Source: Xylanibacter ruminicola 23
Lineage (GTDB): Bacteria > Bacteroidota > Bacteroidia > Bacteroidales > Bacteroidaceae
Length of the DNA stretch: 32,000 nt
Direction of reading: 5' to 3'
Assembly (NCBI RefSeq): GCF_000025925.1
Contig: NC_014033.1
Span: 1,620,001-1,652,000, forward strand
Below are positions 1 through 7,427 of the stretch, piece after piece. Below the pieces are notes generated by a model. It did no database searches. It was given only the letters and a program-made list of their open reading frames with translations, and had not been told where the DNA came from. The translations under genes and the position numbers were made by a program. Within the stretch, counting starts at the first letter, position 1. Every line of letters begins with the position of its first letter.

Positions 1-293
1 CATACTGATTCATAGACACTTCTACAATTTCACGACAGCATCGTCTTTTAAATTAAAGCTTTCACAACAGAAAATCTCCAATTTGCAGTCAGTATTCTTT
101 TTGGAACACCACCACATACACCAAGATTTTCTTTTTGGAAAACTTTTCGTTTTTAAAAATCAGAAAAGTTTCCCGTTTTAACATTTTACAACAATCCATT
201 TCCCCTCCCACGCGTACCTTATTATATATAATAGAGAATACTAAAATAACACAAAAAGAAAGCCTAAAACTTGCTGATATCAATTTATTATTG

Positions 294-301
294 TATCTTT
301 G
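294..301 (+). promoter_or_regulatory. Bacteroidota-type -7 promoter box TATCTTTG upstream of rubrerythrin
   Basis: Exact match to TAnnTTTG, 43 nt upstream of the ATG at 344. The same octamer recurs at other gene starts in this window. Confidence 0.5.
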
Positions 302-343
302 CCAAAAATATCATTTAAACAATTAAACTAAACAAGTACAATT

Positions 344-886
344 ATGAAGGATCTTAAAGGAACAAAAACCGAGAAGAATCTGCAGGAAGCATTTGCAGGT
401 GAGTCAATGGCACGCAACAAGTACAGTTACTGGGCATCAAAGGCCAAGAAGGACGGCTTTGTACAGATAGCCGCCATTTTCGAGGAGACAGCTAACAACG
501 AGAAGGAGCACGCCAAGATGTGGTTCAAGCTTTTGGAAGGTGGTGCAATCAAGAGCACACCAGAGAATCTGGAAGCTGCTGCTGCTGGCGAGAACTATGA
601 GTGGACCGACATGTATGCACGCATGGCCCAGGAAGCACGCGAGGAAGGATTCAACGAGATTGCCGCCAAATTCGAACTCGTAGCCAAAGTAGAGGCAGAG
701 CACGAGGCACGCTACCGCAAACTGCTCGACAACGTTAAGAAGGAGCGTGTATTCTCTAAGGACAATGATGTTATCTGGCAGTGCAGCAACTGCGGCCACA
801 TTGTTATCGGCAAGAAGGCTCCACAGGTATGTCCTGTCTGCGATCATCCACAGGCTTACTTCCAGGTAAAAGCAGAGAACTATTAA
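344..886 (+). CDS. rbr: Rubrerythrin (N-terminal ferritin-like diiron domain plus C-terminal rubredoxin-like CxxC...CxxC)
   Basis: 180 aa. N-terminus is [20 protein letters not shown] with EKEHAKMW and EAEHEARY diiron helices. C-terminus is WQCSNCGH...CPVCDHP. Confidence 0.95.
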   Translation: MKDLKGTKTEKNLQEAFAGESMARNKYSYWASKAKKDGFVQIAAIFEETANNEKEHAKMWFKLLEGGAIKSTPENLEAAAAGENYEWTDMYARMAQEAREEGFNEIAAKFELVAKVEAEHEARYRKLLDNVKKERVFSKDNDVIWQCSNCGHIVIGKKAPQVCPVCDHPQAYFQVKAENY

Positions 887-898
887 AGATTAATTTTT

Positions 899-954
899 CT
901 AAGTACTTTGCAACAAAAAAGTACTTAGATTGCAATCGCTCTCTAAGTACTTTT
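899..954. terminator. Three-arm hairpin element between convergent genes (likely bidirectional terminator)
   Basis: Arm A is CTAAGTACTTT (899-909), arm B is AAAAGTACTTAG (917-928) and arm C is CTAAGTACTTTT (943-954). B is complementary to both A and C. On the minus strand the B/C hairpin is followed by a T run. Confidence 0.55.
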
Positions 955-969
955 CAAAAACAAGCCTGT

Positions 970-2031
970 TTAGGCAAGTATAATCTGAACAATGCGCTCT
1001 GCTGTTCGACCATCCCAACGGTCAGGCAGGGCGCATTTCTTCCAATCGCCGCTCACCATTTTCTTAACAGCTTCACTTAGTTTGTCTGCATCCTCACCAA
1101 CCAACACATTCGAACCTACATTCACCGTTTCCTGATGCTCGGTATAATTATTCAGAGTGATACAAGGTACACTATTAAAGGTAGCCTCTTCCGACACATT
1201 GCCCGAATCGGTAATAATACCAAGTGCATGAGCAGTTAACCAACCAAACTCCAAGTAGCTCAAAGGATCAACAATATCAATAGCCAAGCCCATGCGCTCA
1301 ACCACCTTACGGGCTTCGCCACGCAAAGGTGCAACAATTCGCATGCCATTAGCCGAAGCCACCATAGCCTTCAGCATTTTCTCCAAATTATCAATATCAG
1401 CAATCAGCGCTTTACGGTTCAGTGTAAATACCAGATACTGTTTCTCTTCAAGTGATGGGATCGAAGCTGGCTTCTTCATACGGTCGTAGTTATATCGCAA
1501 AGTATCCATCAGGATATTACCCACCATATAGGTCTGCGAACTCTCCGACTGCTCACGAGTAGCTATGCCCGTACTCTTCACACCAGCCGTGAACAGATAG
1601 TCAGACAAGGCATCTATCACCAAACGGTTGATTTCCTTAGGCATATTGATATTAAACGAGCGTGTACCAGCTACCAGATGCGCCAAGCGGATACCACGTT
1701 TCTTGGTTACTATGGCAGCAGCCATAGTCGAGGCCAGATCATCCACCACGATCACCACATCAATCTGATGCGCATCGAGGAAAGCATCGAAACGGGCCAT
1801 GACCTGACTGGTAATCTCGTTCAGACTCGTTGAATCTACACCTAAGTAATATTGTGGACGTGGCATCTGCAAATCATCAAACAGCGATGCCTCAAGCGTT
1901 GGATCGTTCTCACTACCTGCATAAACCAACAAACATGTTGCTTCAGGATTTTTATTGATGGCTCTTACCAAAGGTGACACCTTAACGAAATTTGGGCGAG
2001 CACCCGCTATGATACATACAGTCTTTCCCAT
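970..2031 (-). CDS. UDP-N-acetylglucosamine 2-epimerase family protein (WecB-like, divergent active-site motifs)
   Basis: 353 aa. Features are N-terminal CIIAGARPNFVKVSPL, central HLVAGTRSF...MPKEINR, and C-terminal ITDSGNVSEEA...P, all typical of the Epimerase_2 fold. Confidence 0.8.
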   Translation of the reverse strand: MGKTVCIIAGARPNFVKVSPLVRAINKNPEATCLLVYAGSENDPTLEASLFDDLQMPRPQYYLGVDSTSLNEITSQVMARFDAFLDAHQIDVVIVVDDLASTMAAAIVTKKRGIRLAHLVAGTRSFNINMPKEINRLVIDALSDYLFTAGVKSTGIATREQSESSQTYMVGNILMDTLRYNYDRMKKPASIPSLEEKQYLVFTLNRKALIADIDNLEKMLKAMVASANGMRIVAPLRGEARKVVERMGLAIDIVDPLSYLEFGWLTAHALGIITDSGNVSEEATFNSVPCITLNNYTEHQETVNVGSNVLVGEDADKLSEAVKKMVSGDWKKCALPDRWDGRTAERIVQIILA

Positions 2032-2050
2032 TTCTTTCTATTTTTGAGTG

Positions 2051-2058
2051 CAAAGATA
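2051..2058 (-). promoter_or_regulatory. -7 promoter box (TATCTTTG on minus strand) for the WecB-like gene
   Basis: Plus-strand CAAAGATA is the reverse complement of TATCTTTG. It lies about 20 nt upstream of the start codon at 2031. Confidence 0.45.
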
Positions 2059-2097
2059 TAGAAAAAGTTTCTATTTACCAAGAAAAATGGCAAAAGG

Positions 2098-2129
2098 TTT
2101 GGATAAGTCCCAAAATAGTTGTATCTTTG
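2098..2129 (+). promoter_or_regulatory. Promoter with -33 TTTG (2098-2101) and -7 TATCTTTG (2122-2129), driving the structured RNA / ribE leader
   Basis: Both Bacteroidota promoter elements are present with about 20 nt between them. It sits immediately upstream of the structured region. Confidence 0.5.
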
Positions 2130-2136
2130 CAGCAGA

Positions 2137-2337
2137 AACAGTGGGTCGTGCCTGATAGATCGGGATACTCTACATTAACAAAACAAATCGGGATCGTTTC
2201 CCTTGCCAATGGCGGGCCACGATTATCCTCCACGAGGAGAGCAGCAATGCCGGTGGATTACAACAGCAGGGAGCCCCCACATCGTGTGAAACAGGAGTTT
2301 TCACCAAATCATCGGCACGTACCCTTTCTTTTTTATA
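2137..2337 (+). ncRNA. Structured RNA / cis-regulatory leader upstream of ribE (possible divergent FMN-riboswitch-like element; class unresolved)
   Basis: The 5' arm GGGTCGTGCC (2143-2152) pairs with GGCACGTACCC (2314-2324) over 10 bp with one bulge, and is followed by TTTCTTTTTT (2325-2334). Internal hairpins are at 2190-2202, 2226-2238 and 2286-2304. Fragments resemble RFN blocks: GGGnnnnnTTCCC, CC..GGCGG, CCGGTGGATT, GTGAAA..C.GGA. The 73-aa ORF called here is probably spurious. Confidence 0.4.
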
Positions 2338-2368
2338 TTAAACATTAAAGATTAAACATTAAACATTA
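2334..2368. repeat. Heptad tandem array (TATATTA) AACATTA AAGATTA AACATTA AACATTA
   Basis: Read directly from the sequence. It has a 7-nt period and lies between the T run of the upstream RNA and the ribE start. Confidence 0.7.
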
Positions 2369-2379
2369 TATATTTTGTT

Positions 2380-2979
2380 ATGTTTTCTGGAATCATCGAA
2401 GAATTTGCTACCGTAACAGCTATCCACAAGGATCGCGAAAATATCGATTTTACATTAAAGTGTTCGTTTGTCGACGAGTTAAAGATCGACCAGAGTGTTG
2501 CACATAATGGCGTTTGCTTGACTGTTGTTGCCATTGAGAATGGCACCTACACGGTTACTGCCATGAAGGAAACACTCGACCGCACCAATCTGGGCTTGCT
2601 CAAAGTTGGTGATAAAGTAAACGTTGAGCGCTCTATGCTGATGAACGGCCGATTAGATGGTCATATCGTTCAGGGTCATGTAGATGAGACTGCACGCTGC
2701 ATTGCTGTTGAGGATGCTGACGGTTCAACCTATTTCACATTCGAATATCCTGAGAACCGCGAGATGGCATTGAAAGGCTATTTCACTGTCGACAAAGGTA
2801 GTGTTACCGTTAATGGTGTAAGTCTCACGGTTTGCAATCCAACAGCTAACACCTTCCAAGTAGCCATCATCCCCTACACTTTCGAGCACACTAACTTCTG
2901 CGACATCCGTGTAGGTTCGGTAGTCAACATCGAGTTTGACATTCTTGGCAAATATATCGCCAGACTGCAGCAGATTTAA
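2380..2979 (+). CDS. ribE: Riboflavin synthase (alpha chain)
   Basis: 199 aa. It starts MFSGIIEE and has two lumazine-binding repeats, each with the GVCLTV / GVSLTV motif. Confidence 0.93.
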   Translation: MFSGIIEEFATVTAIHKDRENIDFTLKCSFVDELKIDQSVAHNGVCLTVVAIENGTYTVTAMKETLDRTNLGLLKVGDKVNVERSMLMNGRLDGHIVQGHVDETARCIAVEDADGSTYFTFEYPENREMALKGYFTVDKGSVTVNGVSLTVCNPTANTFQVAIIPYTFEHTNFCDIRVGSVVNIEFDILGKYIARLQQI

Positions 2980-2986
2980 TCCACCT

Positions 2987-3628
2987 TTACAATAACAATT
3001 CTGATGGAGCGGAGATGAATGTCTTCGCTCCATGTTGTATCAGAAAGTCACGATCACGAAATCCCCACAACACGGATATACATGGTAGCCCAGAGTTCGC
3101 TGCTGTTTGAACATCCACATCACTATCACCAACATAAACAGCCCTGTCTTTTTCAACACCAAGCTCTCGCAAAGCAGCAAATACCGTATCTGGAGCAGGC
3201 TTCTTACGGATTCCCTCTGCTTCATGCTCACCTATAGCCACTTCGATGGTATCCGGGAAGAAATGACGACACAACTCCACGGTAGCAGCCATCATCTTAT
3301 TGCTGACAACAGCCAGTCGGCAACCACGAGCTTTCAATTCGGCCAATACCTCAGGAATACCGGGATATGGTTGTGTTGTATCAAGCGAATGATGCATATA
3401 ATGTTCGCGGAAGGTTGCAAACGTTGCCTCAAAATCAGGGTTTTCTGCTCCATGAGGAATAGCCCGCTCCATCAATTTCCGTACCCCATTACCAACGAAC
3501 CTACGAACATCATCAACCGAATGTTCTGGCATGCCATGCGTGCGGAGGGCATAGTTACACGAAGCCGCTAAATCTGTTATTGTATCAAGTAAAGTTCCGT
3601 CAAGATCAAATATATAAGTGTTATACAT
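2987..3628 (-). CDS. HAD-superfamily hydrolase, phosphoglycolate phosphatase-like (subfamily IA)
   Basis: 213 aa. HAD motifs are present in order: motif I FDLDGTLLDT, motif II VVSNK, motif III/IV K...YVGDSDVD. Confidence 0.85.
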   Translation of the reverse strand: MYNTYIFDLDGTLLDTITDLAASCNYALRTHGMPEHSVDDVRRFVGNGVRKLMERAIPHGAENPDFEATFATFREHYMHHSLDTTQPYPGIPEVLAELKARGCRLAVVSNKMMAATVELCRHFFPDTIEVAIGEHEAEGIRKKPAPDTVFAALRELGVEKDRAVYVGDSDVDVQTAANSGLPCISVLWGFRDRDFLIQHGAKTFISAPSELLL

Positions 3629-3658
3629 TGAAGATTAAACATTAAAGATTAGACATTA
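3624..3658. repeat. Heptad tandem array TACATTG AAGATTA AACATTA AAGATTA GACATTA
   Basis: Read directly from the sequence. It fills the whole malQ-stop to HAD-start spacer. It shares a 25-mer (ATTAAACATTAAAGATTARACATTA) with 2337-2361 at 24 of 25 positions in the same orientation. Confidence 0.7.
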
Positions 3659-6265
3659 GCGCTTTGAACGCTGAATCATGGTTTTCACCTTATTATTATA
3701 TTTATCAGCCTTCAGCAAATCCTCGATGGTAATATGCATACGATATTTCCAACGGTTATAAGGATCGCTTGGCACATTGATGCGCTCGTCACGAACATTC
3801 TTTGAGCGCAGTTCGCCATCCATAGCCAACCAGTCCTGCAACGACAACATACAGAGCATAGACGGACAATAAAGATGACGCCCGATAATCTCCTCTGCCA
3901 AATGGGCCGGTAACTGTTCGGGGGCTCGACCTTGTTTCTGCAACATCGACACATAGAAACGCTGGGTACGCTCAGGACTTTCGCTCCACCAAAGGCGCAA
4001 GGGCGACATATCGTGCGTTGAAATTGTAGCAACAGAACGGTATGGATTGCCATCAAGATGAGCAAACTCATAACCACTCTGTTTGGGCATCGACTGGATT
4101 TCGAGCGACAGGATACGCAACTGATCGAGTACCGGCGCCACACAATCTGGCAACATGCCCAGATCCTCGCCACAGCATAGCATACGGGTAGAGCCAAACA
4201 CATCGGTTAGTTTGCGGATAGCCTCAGCCCCCCAGAAAAAGTTATGACGCTGATAGTAATAATTATTGTAAAGTCGCATAAATGCGTCTTTTTCTTCAGC
4301 ATTCAACGCCTCAAACACGGGCTCCCCTATTACACCGATTCGCGGATGATACATACCAGGCTGTTTTGGATCCTCCAGGAAGAGCACACTACTAACCAAG
4401 CGATAAAGTCCATCACGAATCCACAAACTATTTTCATCTATCCGTCCCTCAAAAGCCTGTTGCACTTTTTTCTGCGTGTTGTAATCTGATTTCAAATCAT
4501 ACAGACCGTAACTCTTAGGCATCAGGAAATGCTCGCGAACATATGGTGCATGCATACCAAACAGCTTATCTAACACCCTATCGTTAATAAAAGGTCTGGT
4601 AAACAAGTCCTTACGGAAAGGCAAACCAAAGTATTCTATCTCACCCACTGTCATTGGCAACGAAGGCAAGAAATGCCCCAGCAATCCAAAGACAGCATCG
4701 CCTGGTATCTCCCATATCCGGAAGAAACCCAGGATATGGTCGATTCGGATAGCATCGAAATACTGTTCCATCCACTTTAAACGTCTACGGAACCACTCTA
4801 CAACACCAGTACCCCAATTGTAAGTTGGGAAGCCCCAATTCTGTCCGTTGGGCGAGAACATATCTGGTGGTGCACCTGTTTGTGCATCAAGATGGAAATA
4901 ATCCGGATGGATAGCCGTTTCCACACTATCGCCATTTACGCCGATAGGCACATCGCCTTTCAGGAAGATGCCCTTTGAACGAGCATAGTCAGCTGCGGCT
5001 TTCAACTGCAAGTGAAGATGGTATTGCGTAAAGTAAATCAAGCCCACAGACGAATCCAACCACTTGGCGTAAGGCACCAACCAATCCTGGTTCTGAGCAA
5101 ACCAAGTTTTGAACTCCTTGGACTCAAGAGTCTGTTGACCTTTCTCATCAAACAGTTCCTGAACATAAGCCCGCTTCACTCGATCCACCGCCTCATAATC
5201 ACTATAGCCGAGTTCGTTAAGTTCCTGGCGTTGACGATGATACGTATTCATCTTGATTTTATTTTTCAGCACTCCAATAGCCTCCACATCCAGATAATGA
5301 GGATGCAAAGCAAAAGCCGAAACAATATTATATGGATACGAATCACTCCAGTTTTTCGAGCACGTAGTATCGTTAACCGGCAGTAATTGGATGGCCTTCA
5401 TACCCGTTGCCGCACACCAATCAACCAATCGGTACAGATCACCAAAATCGCCCACACCATACGATTGTTTACTACGAAGCGAGAATACCGGTATCACCAC
5501 GCCTGCAGCTCGCCAGGTATGCTCTTTTACCCTCAGGTTCTCACCATAAGCCACCAGTACTGTACCATCAGGCACCATAGTCTGATCAACAGGCAACAAA
5601 CCCGCAGTTGTGCGATTATCACCTTCCTCCCAAGCCACGAGTGCATGGGAAGTGTCATCAATAATCACATATTTATATTCTATAGGCAGCAGCACAGCAT
5701 CCACATTCACCGACAGCAGCCACTCGAATCTGCCAATTGGCTCCATACGCAGATAGCGAGACACGTTCCAACTGCCTAAAGCCGGATGGTCGCCAATAAT
5801 AGCAACCGACTGTCCTTTTTGTAACTGAGGTGCCGACACCCTGAACAGGATTGTTTTACGATACAAAGGCACACGAAGCGGCTCAACCTGTTGGTCAACA
5901 GATAGTCCCATCGTTGTATGATAAGCCATGCTATAAAGATGATACTGCAGAGGCACATCGCGCCACAAATCAGCCATCACATAGTCTTTTGCCGAATCAA
6001 AATAATAGGTTCGAGGAATAGCATTCCACTCTTTTCTAAGCACATTACCATCAGTATCCTCTACCTGATAATAATAAGAAAAAGAGGTTATCGGATGTTT
6101 TCGAGATTCAAGCACGGTGGTTTCCAACTGCCACTCCATGCCGTCAGAGGTAGTCATCATCAACCGTTCCGTCTTTTTGGTCTGGTCGATGCTGAGATAG
6201 GACAGCACCACATAGAGATTTTGTCCCCATTGAGTGCCATATTGTATAGAAAACTTAAGTTTCAT
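3656..6265 (-). CDS. malQ: 4-alpha-glucanotransferase (amylomaltase, GH77) with N-terminal starch-binding (CBM20-like) modules
   Basis: 869 aa. GH77 blocks seen are LLPVNDT, GDVPIGV, RIDHILGFFRIWEIP, CGEDLGMLP and STHD. The N-terminus KFSIQYGTQWGQNLYVV is CBM20-like. Confidence 0.92.
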   Translation of the reverse strand: MKLKFSIQYGTQWGQNLYVVLSYLSIDQTKKTERLMMTTSDGMEWQLETTVLESRKHPITSFSYYYQVEDTDGNVLRKEWNAIPRTYYFDSAKDYVMADLWRDVPLQYHLYSMAYHTTMGLSVDQQVEPLRVPLYRKTILFRVSAPQLQKGQSVAIIGDHPALGSWNVSRYLRMEPIGRFEWLLSVNVDAVLLPIEYKYVIIDDTSHALVAWEEGDNRTTAGLLPVDQTMVPDGTVLVAYGENLRVKEHTWRAAGVVIPVFSLRSKQSYGVGDFGDLYRLVDWCAATGMKAIQLLPVNDTTCSKNWSDSYPYNIVSAFALHPHYLDVEAIGVLKNKIKMNTYHRQRQELNELGYSDYEAVDRVKRAYVQELFDEKGQQTLESKEFKTWFAQNQDWLVPYAKWLDSSVGLIYFTQYHLHLQLKAAADYARSKGIFLKGDVPIGVNGDSVETAIHPDYFHLDAQTGAPPDMFSPNGQNWGFPTYNWGTGVVEWFRRRLKWMEQYFDAIRIDHILGFFRIWEIPGDAVFGLLGHFLPSLPMTVGEIEYFGLPFRKDLFTRPFINDRVLDKLFGMHAPYVREHFLMPKSYGLYDLKSDYNTQKKVQQAFEGRIDENSLWIRDGLYRLVSSVLFLEDPKQPGMYHPRIGVIGEPVFEALNAEEKDAFMRLYNNYYYQRHNFFWGAEAIRKLTDVFGSTRMLCCGEDLGMLPDCVAPVLDQLRILSLEIQSMPKQSGYEFAHLDGNPYRSVATISTHDMSPLRLWWSESPERTQRFYVSMLQKQGRAPEQLPAHLAEEIIGRHLYCPSMLCMLSLQDWLAMDGELRSKNVRDERINVPSDPYNRWKYRMHITIEDLLKADKYNNKVKTMIQRSKR

Positions 6266-6281
6266 AAGCTATATTTTAGGG

Positions 6282-6289
6282 CAAAGATA
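6282..6289 (-). promoter_or_regulatory. -7 promoter box (TATCTTTG on minus strand) for malQ
   Basis: Plus-strand CAAAGATA lies about 17 nt upstream of the malQ start at 6265. Confidence 0.45.
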
Positions 6290-6331
6290 CAAAAAAATGA
6301 TAAATTAGCGATAATAGTGGAGAGATTTTTG

Positions 6332-6339
6332 TAACTTTG
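6332..6339 (+). promoter_or_regulatory. -7 promoter box TAACTTTG for mltG
   Basis: Matches TAnnTTTG. It overlaps the TTG at 6337 that the ORF track uses as a start, which argues for the ATG at 6358 instead. Confidence 0.45.
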
Positions 6340-6357
6340 CAGCGTTTTTTCAAGGAT

Positions 6358-7389
6358 ATGAAGATGAATTGGATAAAAAAGTCAAGCTATCTGGTTCCTA
6401 TTATTGTATGCGCATTAGGAATCTTAGGCATCGCATATTACTATTTTGTGGGGAGTTTTTCTAAACTCAGCGCCACCGAATACGTGTATATCGACGACAA
6501 CGACAATCTTGATTCAGTATGCGTCAAATTGGAGCCTATTGCATCCGATCATGGCCTTTCAGCTTTTAGAATGCTCGCTCGCCATGGTGGATATATGGAG
6601 CATATTCGTAGCGGTAGATACGCCATCCCCCCCGACCAGAGTACGATAAAAGTATTCCGCAATCTGAAGAATGGACATCAGGAGCCTGTAAAACTCACCA
6701 TTCCCGAAAGTCGTACCATGGACAGACTGGCCGGCTATCTGTCACGCAAACTGATGATGGACAGCGTTGCTATAGCCATCCTGCTCAGCGATTCGTCGTT
6801 CTGTGCGCAGCAGGGTTACGACACAGCCACTATCGCCTGCTTGTTCGTCCCCAACACCTACGAGGTTTATTGGAATATCTCTATAGAGAATCTGATGAAA
6901 CGCATGCAGAAGGAGAACGAGAATTTCTGGAATGTACAGCGCACCTTGAAGGCCGAGGCCCTGAAACTGAGTAAAAATGAGGTTTGCACATTGGCCAGCA
7001 TCATCGATGAGGAGACTGCCAACAATGCCGAGAAGCCAATGATTGCAGGTATGTATCTGAACCGACTGAAAGCAGACATGCCACTTCAGGCTGACCCTAC
7101 CATCAAGTTTGCCTTGAAAGATTTCGCAATCAAGCGTATCTACCACAACATGCTGCAATTCGACAGTCCTTATAACACCTATAAGAATACCGGTCTGCCT
7201 CCCGGCCCCATCAAGATTGCATCGGTGGCAGGTATCGACGCTGTACTGAATCGCACAGCCCACGACTATCTGTACATGTGCGCCAAGGAGGACTTCTCTG
7301 GCACACATAATTTTGCCAGAACCTATCAGGAGCACCTGAAGAATGCAGCAAAATATTCAAAGGCTTTAAATGAAAGAGGCATTAAATAA
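6358..7389 (+). CDS. mltG: Endolytic murein transglycosylase MltG (YceG-like)
   Basis: It has an N-terminal TM segment (SSYLVPIIVCALGILGIAYYYF) and YceG motifs: ASIIDEE, PLQADPT, YNTYKNTGLPPGPI. The start is moved to the first ATG after the promoter box. Confidence 0.9.
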   Translation: MKMNWIKKSSYLVPIIVCALGILGIAYYYFVGSFSKLSATEYVYIDDNDNLDSVCVKLEPIASDHGLSAFRMLARHGGYMEHIRSGRYAIPPDQSTIKVFRNLKNGHQEPVKLTIPESRTMDRLAGYLSRKLMMDSVAIAILLSDSSFCAQQGYDTATIACLFVPNTYEVYWNISIENLMKRMQKENENFWNVQRTLKAEALKLSKNEVCTLASIIDEETANNAEKPMIAGMYLNRLKADMPLQADPTIKFALKDFAIKRIYHNMLQFDSPYNTYKNTGLPPGPIKIASVAGIDAVLNRTAHDYLYMCAKEDFSGTHNFARTYQEHLKNAAKYSKALNERGIK

Positions 7390-7413
7390 ATTGAGAATTA
7401 ACAATTGAGAATT
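7389..7413. repeat. Direct repeat AATTGAGAATT x2 (7389-7399, 7403-7413), heptad-phased, upstream of glnS
   Basis: Read directly from the sequence. The repeat period is 14 nt. Confidence 0.6.
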
Positions 7414-7427
7414 TAGAGATATAAGAT

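Noticed and set aside
1-3. CAT at the window edge as the start codon of a minus-strand gene to the left
   Set aside because: It cannot be supported from three bases, and I found no promoter box in 4-120.
2137-2337. SRP (4.5S) RNA or 6S RNA identity for the structured RNA
   Set aside because: GGAGAGCAGCAATG and CAGGGAGCCCCCAC faintly echo the E. coli 4.5S motifs. However, the apical loop is not GNRA and the helix-8 symmetric loop cannot be built. A 6S-like continuous rod also does not form beyond the terminal stem. I kept it as unclassified.
2127-2348. 73-aa ORF in the wecB-like/ribE spacer
   Set aside because: It starts inside the -7 promoter box and exactly spans the GC-rich structured RNA region. 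Its Arg/Pro/Ser-rich composition gives no recognisable fold or motif. It is better explained as noncoding RNA.
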